Below are positions 54,836 to 64,000 of a stretch of DNA of 64,000 nucleotides, one piece after another. The notes below the pieces were generated by a model. That model saw nothing but the letters and a program-made list of their open reading frames with translations, made no database searches and had not been told where the DNA came from. This DNA comes from an uncultured delta proteobacterium. Lineage in GTDB: Bacteria > Myxococcota_A > Polyangia > Haliangiales > Haliangiaceae. A program made the translations under genes and the position numbers. Each line of letters opens with the position of its first letter. Position 1 is the first letter of the stretch. The stretch is from contig CAVUQH010000003.1 in the NCBI GenBank assembly GCA_963743525.1, positions 704,001-768,000 of the forward strand, given 5' to 3'.

Positions 54836-56329
54836 TCAGGCGGCGCGGCGGCGGCGCGGCAGGGCGAAGGCGAGCGCCACGGCGACGAGCAGCCATCCCG
54901 CATCGGCGCCGCTGTTGCAGCAGCCACCGTTATCGGCGGGGGCAAAGGTGACGAAGATGTGGCTGGTGACGGTGACGGGCAGGAAGTTCTCCTGGACCTC
55001 GGCGTGGTAGCGGTCGCCGTCGGCGGACGTCGTCAAGTTCCAGGTCTGGGTGGCGTCGTCGCTGTCGATGGCCACGGTGTCGGTGGCTTCGCCGTTGCGG
55101 TAGAGGACCAGGGACAGGCCACTTCCGCCGGTGACGTGGGCGGTGAGGGTGACGTCGTGGCCGGCGAGAGTGTCGCCGATGATTGCGTGCTGGTCGGCGG
55201 CGTCGGCGGTGAGCTCGAGCATCGGGTCGTCGGGGCCGCGCATCATGACGATGGTGTGGCCGGCGCGGATGCCGTCGAGGATGGCGCTTTCGCTCAGCTC
55301 GTCGGCGTAGACGAGGGTGGTCGGCTGGCCGATGCGGGAGGCGCGCGGTCCGGTGTCGGCGCCGGCGCGGTGGTCGTCGCTGCCGCCCATGGCCGCCAGG
55401 TGGTGGCCGGCGGCGACCTGGGTTTCCCACAGGTCGATGGCCCGCGGCGTGAACAGTCCGATGGTAGCCTCGTAGTTGCCGGTCTGGATCTCGATGCCGG
55501 AGACGTCGTCCCACGGCGTGTCGTCGTCGTGGGCCCAGGCGCAGCCGAGGCACAGGTTGGCCAGGTCGAGGGCCGGGTGGTTGACGGAGATGATGCCGCC
55601 CTGGGCGCGGACGTCGGCGACGATGCCGGCGATGTCGCGGCCCTGGTAGCCGACCCGGTGGTCGACGTAGTCGGAGATGCCCAGGCCGTTGGCGTGGCCG
55701 CCGTAGGTGGTGATCTCGGCGGCGCGGATGAACAACAGGTCGCTCATGCTCGGCTGCAGGGCGGCGATCAGTCCCTGCTGAGAGACGGTGTTGTGGTCCG
55801 ACAGCGCGACGAAGTCGAGGCGCTGAGTGCGGGCCAGCGCGTAGATCTCTTCGAACGTTGCGCTGGCGTCGCCGCTCTGAAACGAGTGGACGTGGAAGTC
55901 GCCGCGGTACCAGCGGGCACCGGTGGCCAGCACCGGGGCGGCGAAGTCGGCGCGGGTCTGCGCGGGCTCGGTTTCGGCGTCGCGCAGGGTCACGGTCAGG
56001 GTGTAGTCGGCGGGGTTGTCGACGAGCTTGGCTTTGCCGATCATGACCGTCCAGGTGCCGGCCGGGATCGGTCCGGGGAGGTAGCCGCGCGAGGCGGCGT
56101 TTTCGCCGACGATGGCATCGTCAACCAGGCCGCCGCCCCAGCCGCGAAAGCCGTCGGGAGCCCAAAGTCCCCAGTCGAGAATGTTGGCGGTCAACGCGCT
56201 CTGGTGGCTGACCTGGATCTCGGTGACGCCGGCGGGCACGTCGAAGGTGACGGCGACGTAGTCGCCCGGCTGGTCGGGGATGGTGCCGTCCAGCGACAGG
56301 GTGGCGACGACGGCGGCGACCAGCAGCAT
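54836..56329 (-). CDS. CehA/McbA-type PHP metallohydrolase with MYXO-CTERM sorting signal
   Basis: WYRGDFHVHS, LSDHN, SVNHP, GGSDDH; C-terminal GGCCNSG...TM...RRRR. Confidence 0.88.
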   Translation of the reverse strand: MLLVAAVVATLSLDGTIPDQPGDYVAVTFDVPAGVTEIQVSHQSALTANILDWGLWAPDGFRGWGGGLVDDAIVGENAASRGYLPGPIPAGTWTVMIGKAKLVDNPADYTLTVTLRDAETEPAQTRADFAAPVLATGARWYRGDFHVHSFQSGDASATFEEIYALARTQRLDFVALSDHNTVSQQGLIAALQPSMSDLLFIRAAEITTYGGHANGLGISDYVDHRVGYQGRDIAGIVADVRAQGGIISVNHPALDLANLCLGCAWAHDDDTPWDDVSGIEIQTGNYEATIGLFTPRAIDLWETQVAAGHHLAAMGGSDDHRAGADTGPRASRIGQPTTLVYADELSESAILDGIRAGHTIVMMRGPDDPMLELTADAADQHAIIGDTLAGHDVTLTAHVTGGSGLSLVLYRNGEATDTVAIDSDDATQTWNLTTSADGDRYHAEVQENFLPVTVTSHIFVTFAPADNGGCCNSGADAGWLLVAVALAFALPRRRRAA

Positions 56330-56387
56330 GCAACCAGTATCGGCGGCGCGGGCGCGGGGCGCAAAGCTCTGCTACCGTCACATGTGA

Positions 56388-57041
56388 TGCAACAGTCGGG
56401 GTGGGTCGCGATCCTCATGATTTGCGCGTGTGGTCCGCTGACGCCGGAGCCGGCGCCCGGACCGGGGACCAGCCCGGGTGCGCCCGAGACCGAGATGGCG
56501 ACCACGGCGCCGGACCAGTCCGGCGAACCCTCGGCACCCGACGAAACGCGATCGCCCGCCCCGGCGCCGACAGCGACGCCGGCGCCGTCGGTCGAACTCG
56601 TCGGTGCCGCCCAGGATGCGCGCGCTGCTCGATGCGCACAACCGGTTGCGCGCCAGGCACTGCGCGGCGCCGCTGGCGTGGTCGCCCAAGCTGGCACATG
56701 TCGCGCAGTCGTGGGCCGACCACCTGCGCGACGCCGGTTGCGCGTTCGACCACAGCCGCACGCAGTACGGCGAGAACCTGGCCGCGGGATCGACCGGAGC
56801 GCTCGACGCTCAGGGCGTCGCCGACATGTGGTACGAGGAGATCAAGGACTTCAACTTCGGCGGCGGCGGCTTCGGCATGAACACGGGGCACTTCACCCAG
56901 CTGGTGTGGCGCGACACGACGCAGCTCGGTTGCGGCACGTCAACCTGCAAGGGAATGGAGATCTGGGTCTGTAACTACGACCCGCCGGGCAACGTCGAAG
57001 GCATGTACCGCGACAACGTGAAGCCGGTCGGCTGCAAGTAG
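56388..57041 (+). CDS. CAP/SCP (PR-1-like) domain protein (frameshift near 56600)
   Basis: LDAHNRLRARH, YGENLA, GHFTQLVW, VCNYDPPGN; the signal and Pro-rich linker lie in another frame from ATG 56388. Confidence 0.88.
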
Positions 57042-57044
57042 TCG

Positions 57045-57698
57045 GTGTTCGTCGGTCACTACAGCGCCAGCTTTGCGGCCAAGGCGGCCGATCCGCGGTT
57101 GCGTCTGGGGCCGCTGTTCCTCGCCGCGCAGCTGGTCGACATCCTGTGGGCGAGCTTCATCCTCACCGGCGTCGAGCACGTGCGATTGGTGCCGGGCTAC
57201 ACGGCGACCAACCAGCTCGATCTCTACGACATGCCGTACACGCACAGCCTGGCCGGCGCCGCGGTCTGGGCTCTGCTGGCGGTGATCGTCTGGGGCGCGG
57301 CGCGCAACTGGCGCGGTTGGCGCGGATCGGCGCTGCTGGTCGGCGCGGTGGTGCTTTCGCACTGGTTCCTCGACCTGCCGGTGCACACCGCTGACCTGCC
57401 GCTCTACGACAGCCAGCACAAGATGGGCTTCGGGCTGTGGAACTACCCCTACGTCACCCTGGCGCTCGAGGGCGCGCTGCTGCTGGGCGGGGTCGCGCTC
57501 TACTACCGCGCGACCCACGCGGTGCGGCGGGGGCGGCGCTGGGCGATGCTCCTGTTCGCGCTGGTCATGATCGGCGTGCAGGTGGGAATGTTGTTCGCGC
57601 CCCAGCCGGAGACGCCGGCGCAGTTCGCGCTGATGGCGCTGGCGGCCTACGCGGTGCTCGCCGTCATCGCCGAGCGGCTCGATCGCAAGCGCGCCTGA
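57045..57698 (+). CDS. Membrane-bound metal-dependent hydrolase-like protein (paralog of 4376-5023)
   Basis: FVGHY...QLVDI...PYTHSL...SHWFLDLPVH...GFGLWN. Confidence 0.7.
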   Translation: MFVGHYSASFAAKAADPRLRLGPLFLAAQLVDILWASFILTGVEHVRLVPGYTATNQLDLYDMPYTHSLAGAAVWALLAVIVWGAARNWRGWRGSALLVGAVVLSHWFLDLPVHTADLPLYDSQHKMGFGLWNYPYVTLALEGALLLGGVALYYRATHAVRRGRRWAMLLFALVMIGVQVGMLFAPQPETPAQFALMALAAYAVLAVIAERLDRKRA

Positions 57699-57732
57699 TG
57701 ACTGACCGAGGGCCGGGAGCTAGTCTCCCGGC

Positions 57733-58185
57733 GTGCTTGCCGTACCGACGCCGACTCAGCATCACCGGGCCCTGGCGACTCTCGAGGGCAGCTGGCGCGG
57801 TCCCGAACACGGACCCGACGGGCGCGAGGCGTTGGGTGCCTACGACATCGAGGTCGCCCTCGGTGGCTTCGCGCTGGTGCTCGACTACACGCAGTCGGTC
57901 GGCGGCAGCCCGCAGTACCGCATGCACGGCGTCATCGGCTGGGACACCGCCGACGAGCAGTATTTCTTCCACTGGTACGACTCGCTCGGCGGCGTCGGCA
58001 CCGACAGCTACGGCAAGCTCGACGGCGGGCAGCTGACCCTGGAAGGTCCGGACCCGGCCCAGGGCGGGCGCACGCGCTTCAGCTTCGACATCGCGCCCGA
58101 TTCGTTCGCGCTGACCATCGCCTTCTCCAAAGATCAGGAGAGCTGGACCACGGCGATGCAGGCCACCTACCACCGGGTGCAGTAG
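57733..58185 (+). CDS. DUF1579-like beta-rich protein
   Basis: HRALATLEGSWRG...LGGF...HGVIGWD....YFFHWYDSLG...W...MQATYHR. Confidence 0.65.
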   Translation: MLAVPTPTQHHRALATLEGSWRGPEHGPDGREALGAYDIEVALGGFALVLDYTQSVGGSPQYRMHGVIGWDTADEQYFFHWYDSLGGVGTDSYGKLDGGQLTLEGPDPAQGGRTRFSFDIAPDSFALTIAFSKDQESWTTAMQATYHRVQ

Positions 58186-58187
58186 CG

Positions 58188-59255
58188 CTAGAAGCTCAAG
58201 ATGGCGTAGACGTCGGCGCGGTAGGCGCGACCGCGCGCGTAGTCCCGATAGTTGGTGGTCCACTGCATCAGCTCGGCGCCGATGACCACGTGGTCCCACG
58301 GCCGCAGCTGGTCGACCACGTAGGCGGTGTACTGCAGCGTTCGGCTGTAGTCTGTCGCCAGGTCGCGGTCGCGCGGGTTGTCCGCGCTGGCGCCGACGAT
58401 GATGGTGTCGAGCTCGTGGGCGTCGAACGCCAGCTCGGCCCAGCCGCCGTGGTCGTGCAGGTCGCCTGGGCCGACGGCGTTGCGGCTGCCACCGCGCAGA
58501 TCGGACAGGTTGACGCCGTAGTAGGCCTCGCCGCGAAGGTGCAGCCGGTCGAGCGGATCGACCCGCAGATAGGCGCCGCCGGCGTAGGCGTCGTGATCGA
58601 ACAGCGGCCCGGCGTGTCCCCAGATGCCGGCGGTCACGTGCTCGCGTTCGAGCTCGATGCGCGCCTGGGTCACCGGACGCAGGTAGTCGACGGTCGGGTC
58701 GGCGAGCGAATCGCCCGGCTGGCCGGCTGCGACGGCGACGTGGATGGTGCCGCGGTTGGTCTGTTTGGTGTAGGTCGCGCGCAGCTGCGTGCGCCAGCCG
58801 CCCAGATTGCCGGCGTCCCACATGAAGGTCGCGGCGTTGGCGGTGGGGCGAAGCGGCGAGGCCAGGTCCCAGGTTCGGCCGGCCAGGATCTCGATCGGTC
58901 CCTTGCCGATGGTCAGGTAGAGGTGGCGAAAGCGCGGGAACGGATGGTCGCTGCCGAGCAAATCCAGCTCGATGACGCCGCCAAGGTCGACCGGGCCGCC
59001 CCACGGCTGCGGGTCAACGCGGGCGCCCAGGCGCGTGAGCATCGGATGGGCGACCAGCTGGTTGTGAGTCTTGTCGGGGCCCGGCTCGGCGGCGACGAAC
59101 GACGGCCGTCGCAGGTCGTCCATGATCGAATCGAGGTAGATGACGTCGAGCCGGAGGTCGCCGTACCAGGTGACGGTCGGGGGCACGTCGTCGGCGTGGG
59201 CGCGCGAGGGCAGCGCGGCGACCGCCAGCAACGCCAGGAGCAGAGAGCGTTTCAC
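58188..59255 (-). CDS. Outer-membrane porin-like protein (DcaP-like)
   Basis: Signal peptide; YGDLRLD, TRLG, IELDL, PRFRHLY, LAGRTWD; C-terminal Phe. Confidence 0.65.
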   Translation of the reverse strand: MKRSLLLALLAVAALPSRAHADDVPPTVTWYGDLRLDVIYLDSIMDDLRRPSFVAAEPGPDKTHNQLVAHPMLTRLGARVDPQPWGGPVDLGGVIELDLLGSDHPFPRFRHLYLTIGKGPIEILAGRTWDLASPLRPTANAATFMWDAGNLGGWRTQLRATYTKQTNRGTIHVAVAAGQPGDSLADPTVDYLRPVTQARIELEREHVTAGIWGHAGPLFDHDAYAGGAYLRVDPLDRLHLRGEAYYGVNLSDLRGGSRNAVGPGDLHDHGGWAELAFDAHELDTIIVGASADNPRDRDLATDYSRTLQYTAYVVDQLRPWDHVVIGAELMQWTTNYRDYARGRAYRADVYAILSF

Positions 59256-59286
59256 GCCTCCGAGTGTGCGACGTCGACCGCGGTGA

Positions 59287-59865
59287 CTACAAGAGCGCGG
59301 GTACCCACTCGAGGCCGAGGGTGACCACCGGGCTCACCGAGGTGGAATTGACCAGCAGGTCGCCGCGCCCGAGGATCAGCCACGCGTCGTGCACGCGCAC
59401 GCCCAGCTCGGCGCGGGCGTTGCCGGCCAGCGCCGAGGTGAAGCTGTCGTGCTGGCCGCCCCAGTAGCTGCCCAATCCCAGCCCGCCGGTGGCGAACAGT
59501 CGGCCGGAGTCGACGCCGACGGTGGTGACCACCCCGGAGTAGCCGCTGGTGCCGGCGTCGCCGAAACCGAGGATGGTGAACAGCTCGCCGCCGCCGCGGA
59601 TGCTGCCCTCGTTGCCGACCAGCCCCAGTCCGACGGTCGCCAGTCGCGGATCGGATGCGCGATCCATCGGCACGCCGGCGCCGGCGGCGAAGCAGGTGGC
59701 GCAGCTCGGCGTGTGGTTGGCGCGCGGCGCCAGCTGATCGTCACCGCCGTGACTGGTGCCGGCGACGACGACGATGCGCGGCTGCGCGCGAGCGGCGGGG
59801 GGGGATGCCAGCAGCGCGGCCAGACCCAACCCGACGACGACCATCCCTCTCCCGATTGTCCCCAT
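59287..59865 (-). CDS. Hypothetical secreted/outer-membrane protein
   Basis: Signal peptide; Gly-rich amphipathic strands. Confidence 0.55.
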   Translation of the reverse strand: MGTIGRGMVVVGLGLAALLASPPAARAQPRIVVVAGTSHGGDDQLAPRANHTPSCATCFAAGAGVPMDRASDPRLATVGLGLVGNEGSIRGGGELFTILGFGDAGTSGYSGVVTTVGVDSGRLFATGGLGLGSYWGGQHDSFTSALAGNARAELGVRVHDAWLILGRGDLLVNSTSVSPVVTLGLEWVPALL

Positions 59866-60119
59866 GTCTCTTCGTGACGCGATCGCGGGGACCGCGCAAG
59901 CGACTTTCGCCGCCGGCGCGCGACGAAAAAATCCGCGCTAGCAGGCGAGCCAGAGGAAAAAGATCGTGATGGCCAGCGGCTCCCACAGGGTGTCGAATCG
60001 GCTGCTCATGGCGGCCGACTACAGCAACCGCCGCGCCAACGGCAACCCCGCGGAATCGCGACGCAGGGGTGCGCGCGATCGGGTTCGCCGAGACCCGGCG
60101 CAACGGCGTGGACGGGTCT

Positions 60120-61826
60120 CTAGAACCCCAGCTGCGCGCTGAGTTGCACCGCGGGAGTTCCGGTCAGGTCGGCGAGCTGCACGGTCACGTCGAGGTCGTC
60201 GTCACCGATCTGCCAGCGTTTGCCCGCCGCCAGGTAGCTCGGCGCGCCGGCGCCGAAACGCAGGCCGGCGGCGTACAGCAGATCGTGAGCGAAGCAGAGG
60301 TCGAGGAGGCCGCTGATGTCGACGGTCAGGCTCTGGCGGGTTCCGAGGATCGGATCGCGCTGGCCGACGCGGTACTCGGCGCTGCCGTTCAGCCACGCAG
60401 CGCGCGTGTGCAGGAACAGCATCGCTCCGTCGGCGCTGCCGCGGCGCACGTACGCGACGCCGGCGGCGAGATCCTCGCCGAGCTCGTGCTCGACGCCGAC
60501 CACGGTGTCGTCGAGCGACAGCCCGCGCGCCGGGTCGCGATGCCGGCCCCAGCTGCCCCACAGCCGCGCACGACCCTCGTTGGTCCAGTCGTACAGCAGG
60601 CCGAGGCGGGGCGACAGCGCGCCGCGATCGCGACTGCCGGCGGCGTCGGTGACCTGCTCGGACTCCCAGCGCAGCCCGGCGCTGGCCAGCACGTTGGGCC
60701 GCAGGTTCCACGCGTCGTCGATCCACGCCGCGCGCTCGTCGCGGGCGAAGCCGCGCTTGACGTCGGGGTGGCGAGTCACCTCGCGCGCGCCGCTGGCGCC
60801 GAGCTCGGCGCGGTGGTTGCCCCAGGCCTTGAACCGATCGCGCGCCGCCAGCGTCAGCTCGGTGCGATCGGTGCCGGCGGTGATACCCGGCAGTGAGGTC
60901 GCGGTCGCGAAGCGGCCGACGGCGGTCTCGAGCTCGAGCCGGTTGTCGTCGAAGCGCGACAGCCAGCCGCCGGCCACGCCGCGGGTGGTGCGGGTGGCAT
61001 CACCTCCGGTAGCCGTCGCCCGGTCGGCCAGCGCCAGTGCCCAGCCCTGTTGCTCGGGGCTGGCGGCGACGTTGATCGCGGTCATCGCCGACGTGCCCCG
61101 CTCGGCGCGGTCGGCGCGAGGGGCGATGGTCAGCGCGTACCACGCGTGGTCGCGGCTCAGCGGACCGGCCAGGCCGGCGGCGCCGTCGGCGGCATTGGTC
61201 CCGGCGCGACCGCGCACGAAGCCGTGGGTCTCGTTGGAGCCGGACCGCGGCGACAGGTCCATCACCGTACCCGCGCCGCCGCCGATGGTCGCGTCGTAGC
61301 CGTACTCGTGCAGGTCGATCTGATCGAACAGCGCGGCCGACAGGGGCGCGGCGCCGGCGGGCAGGCGCAGGCCGTGAATCCGGCGGACGGCGCCGGTGCG
61401 GGTGAGCCCGGCGGGCGGCATCGGGACCGCCGGCAGCGTCTCGGTCCGGGTGATGGTGATGGTGTCGGGGACGACCGGCGGCGACCAGGGAAAGATGCAG
61501 ACGCAGCAGTCAGGGGTCGGCATCACCAGGTTGGCGTAGACCCGACCCTCGACGTGCACGACGATGCCCCGCCGTCGCACCGTGCTGTCCGCGTAGTAGA
61601 AATCGACCTGGTAGACCCCGGCCGGAAGATGGGCGATGGCGTAGCGGCCCTCCTCATCGGTGATCGCGGTCTCGATCGGCTGCAAGACCGGCGACGACAC
61701 CACCACGGTGACGCCGGGCAGCGGCTGGTAGGTGTCCTTGTCGACCACGACGCCGGCCAGCTCGCCGGCCCGGGCCAGCCCCGGCGCGCACACCACCAGC
61801 GCCACGACGATCCACCAACCGCGCAT
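60120..61826 (-). CDS. Short TonB-dependent/Oar-like receptor with carboxypeptidase-regulatory-like N-domain
   Basis: GVVVDKDT.QPLPGVTVVV...TDEEGRY....LPAG.Y; RSGSNE.HG; LSPRLGLLYDWT..GR; C-terminal Phe. Confidence 0.7.
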   Translation of the reverse strand: MRGWWIVVALVVCAPGLARAGELAGVVVDKDTYQPLPGVTVVVSSPVLQPIETAITDEEGRYAIAHLPAGVYQVDFYYADSTVRRRGIVVHVEGRVYANLVMPTPDCCVCIFPWSPPVVPDTITITRTETLPAVPMPPAGLTRTGAVRRIHGLRLPAGAAPLSAALFDQIDLHEYGYDATIGGGAGTVMDLSPRSGSNETHGFVRGRAGTNAADGAAGLAGPLSRDHAWYALTIAPRADRAERGTSAMTAINVAASPEQQGWALALADRATATGGDATRTTRGVAGGWLSRFDDNRLELETAVGRFATATSLPGITAGTDRTELTLAARDRFKAWGNHRAELGASGAREVTRHPDVKRGFARDERAAWIDDAWNLRPNVLASAGLRWESEQVTDAAGSRDRGALSPRLGLLYDWTNEGRARLWGSWGRHRDPARGLSLDDTVVGVEHELGEDLAAGVAYVRRGSADGAMLFLHTRAAWLNGSAEYRVGQRDPILGTRQSLTVDISGLLDLCFAHDLLYAAGLRFGAGAPSYLAAGKRWQIGDDDLDVTVQLADLTGTPAVQLSAQLGF

Positions 61827-61891
61827 ACGGCGAGTAAGCGCGACAGGGCGGCGAAAGGTTCACGGCCAATGTCGCCGGGCTATCATGCGGT

Positions 61892-62854
61892 GTGACCCTC
61901 GGCGCCTTCATCGACCTGCCCGCGGCCGTGCGCCGCCTGGTGCCCGAGGTCGACGAGGACGGCTGGCGCGAGGAGAGCCTGGCGGACTGCGCGAATTGCC
62001 CGATGGTGCCGGCCCGCAGTGGCGCCGACCCCGACGCGGCCTGGGCGTTCGACGAGGCGTTTCGCTGCTGCACCTATCACCCGTCGATGGCCAGCTTCCT
62101 GGTCGGCCGCGCTCTTGCGCGCGGGGGCGACGGCGCCGCGCGTCTGCGCGCGCGCCTGGCCGATGCCGACGGCGTCAGCGCCTGGGGCATCTATCCGCGC
62201 GCCGGCGCCCGCGCCCGCTATCTGGCGGTGCGCGACCACGCCTTTGGCCGCGACGCGGCGCTGCGCTGCCCGTACCTCGGCGACGGCGGCTGCAGCGTGT
62301 GGCCGGATCGCCCGGGCGTCTGCCGCACCTGGTACTGCAAGCACGACGCCGGCGAGCGCGGCGCGCACACCTGGAGCCGGCTCGAGGCGGCGCTGTGGCA
62401 GGCGGAGAACCGGCTGGCGTTCCTGTTGATCGAGCTGGGTGAGGCGCCCACCGACGGCGCGGGCGCCGATGCGTTCGTCAACTGGTACCGCTGGTGCGCC
62501 GAGCGGATCGACGCGCTGACCGACGACGAGCTGGCGCGCGTGCGCGTGCCGGCGCTGGTCGAGGCGCGCGGGGAGCTGGTGCAGCTTCGCCGGCGCCCGG
62601 CCGCGCCGATGCCCGAGCTGCTGGTGCCGGCGGTCACCGACGCCACGCCGCAGGGCGATCGGGTGCGCGTCTGCGGCTACTCGCTGTTCGACGAGGTGCT
62701 GGCGCCGCGCGCGGTGTTCGCGCTGCTCGCCCGGCTCGACGGGACGACGCCGTGGCGCGATGCGCTGGCCGCCTGCCGCGCCGAGGGCCACGCGGTCGAC
62801 GACGCGCTGGTCGCCGCGCTGTATCGCGTGGGCGCCCTGGCGCCGGCGCCCTAG
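61892..62854 (+). CDS. Cys-cluster (YkgJ-like) protein
   Basis: CANC, CCTYHP, CPYL...GCSVW..RPGVCRTWYC. Confidence 0.7.
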   Translation: MTLGAFIDLPAAVRRLVPEVDEDGWREESLADCANCPMVPARSGADPDAAWAFDEAFRCCTYHPSMASFLVGRALARGGDGAARLRARLADADGVSAWGIYPRAGARARYLAVRDHAFGRDAALRCPYLGDGGCSVWPDRPGVCRTWYCKHDAGERGAHTWSRLEAALWQAENRLAFLLIELGEAPTDGAGADAFVNWYRWCAERIDALTDDELARVRVPALVEARGELVQLRRRPAAPMPELLVPAVTDATPQGDRVRVCGYSLFDEVLAPRAVFALLARLDGTTPWRDALAACRAEGHAVDDALVAALYRVGALAPAP

Positions 62855-63321
62855 GATTTCATCTCGCGCAGGGTGTCGATGACGTTGTCAACGTGTCCCT
62901 TGACGCGAACGTTGGGCCAGATCTTCTTCACCTTCTGATCCGGTCCGATGAGCACGGTGGTGCGGATGATGCCCATCTTCTTCTTGCCGTACATGTTCTT
63001 CTCGCCCCAGGCGCCGTACTTCTCCAGCACCTTGCCATCGGGGTCGGACAGCAGCGGGAACTTCAGCTTGTGCTTGCCGGCGAACTTGCAGTGGGACTCG
63101 ATCGAGTCCTTGCTGACGCCCAGCACCACGGCGCCGAGGCGCTTCAACTTGCCGCCGGCGGCCTGGAACTCCTGCGCTTCGATCGTGCAGCCCGGGGTGC
63201 TGTCCTTGGGATAGAAGTAGAGCACCACCCACTGGCCGTCGAGATCCTTCAGGGCGACCTTGTCGCCGGTCAACGCGGGAAGGGTGAACGCGGGCGCCTT
63301 GTTGCCTTCTTTCGCTGCCAT
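62851..63321 (-). CDS. bcp: Peroxiredoxin BCP
   Basis: VLYFYPKDSTPGCTIEA, GVSKDS..SH..F, YGAWGEKNMYGKK.MGIIR. Confidence 0.93.
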   Translation of the reverse strand: MAAKEGNKAPAFTLPALTGDKVALKDLDGQWVVLYFYPKDSTPGCTIEAQEFQAAGGKLKRLGAVVLGVSKDSIESHCKFAGKHKLKFPLLSDPDGKVLEKYGAWGEKNMYGKKKMGIIRTTVLIGPDQKVKKIWPNVRVKGHVDNVIDTLREMKS

Positions 63322-63442
63322 GCCGCGGACTATAGCGGAGCGCACCGCTTGCGCACCCTCCTGCGCGCTGCGAAATCGCTGCGCGTCTGGTCGCACCCAT
63401 CGCGCCAGGCCTGGCGTGTGATTTGCAGCGGATCAACGCGTC

Positions 63443-64000
63443 ATGGCGACGCGCAACGAATGGCAAGCGGCGGTTGGAGCACCGACCTGGATCGAGGCGG
63501 CGCGCGCGTACGTGCACGAACAATTTCCCGATGCCTCGATCGAGCGGATCGAACCGCTCGGTCCCGACGTGTCGGGCGGGGACGAGGCCGGGCACAAGGC
63601 GATCGGCTACGGCGTGCCGATCCGCGTCGTGCTCGGCGATGCCGGCGGAACGCGCCAGCTGGTGCTGCACGCGGCGTCCAAGGACCGGTACGGCCACGAT
63701 CGGCGCGCCGATCGCGCGGCCGGCGCGCTGCTGGCGTTCGACACCTTCGAGCAGATTCCCGCACACGTCGCCGCCCTCGACGTCGGCGCGATTCGCCACG
63801 ACGGCAGCTTTGCGTCGCTGCGCGACTGCGGCGAGTTCTACCTGCTCACCGAGTTCGTGCCCGGACGGATCTACGCCGAAGACCTGAGGCAGATCGCCAC
63901 GGCGGGCGTCGCGAGCGCGGCAGATGTGCAACGGACCGAGACGCTGGCGAGCTACCTGGCGGCGCTGCACAGCCAGCCGATAGAGCCGGCGCCGATCCGC
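63443..64000 (+). CDS. Aminoglycoside phosphotransferase-family protein, runs off the right edge
   Basis: Own translation: KAIGYGVPIRV...YGHDRRADRA...FDTF..IPAHVAALDVG...EFYLLTEFVPG..YAEDL. Confidence 0.6.
   Translation, partial: MATRNEWQAAVGAPTWIEAARAYVHEQFPDASIERIEPLGPDVSGGDEAGHKAIGYGVPIRVVLGDAGGTRQLVLHAASKDRYGHDRRADRAAGALLAFDTFEQIPAHVAALDVGAIRHDGSFASLRDCGEFYLLTEFVPGRIYAEDLRQIATAGVASAADVQRTETLASYLAALHSQPIEPAPIR

Overview
High-GC, myxobacterial-looking chromosome segment (MYXO-CTERM protein, ECF sigma/Ser-Thr kinase pair, DUF4157 protein). Scattered single-base frameshifts suggest an unpolished long-read assembly. The flanks (1-29.6 kb and 53.2-64 kb) carry ordinary metabolic, signalling and envelope genes. 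The centre is a tRNA-Gly(CCC) integration hotspot: an intact tRNA at 53033-53108 and two displaced 3'-end scars at 35706 and 33148, each preceded by a related hairpin, and the tRNA and the 35706 scar each also by a paralogous tyrosine integrase. The youngest island (about 35.7-53.0 kb) carries a tightly coupled candidate anti-phage operon. Its genes encode a small protein that reads like a truncated HK97-type capsid core, a caspase-family protease with a long C-terminal extension, a large nuclease-STAND NTPase (Avs/NLR-like) and a UDG-superfamily (Brig1-like) glycosylase. The STAND gene is split by an IS21 element, and a second IS21 has inserted into the first; both target-site duplications are visible. 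An older eroded island holds a RAYT transposase flanked by inverted, non-canonical REP-like repeats. All family calls come from reading motifs by eye; no searches were run.
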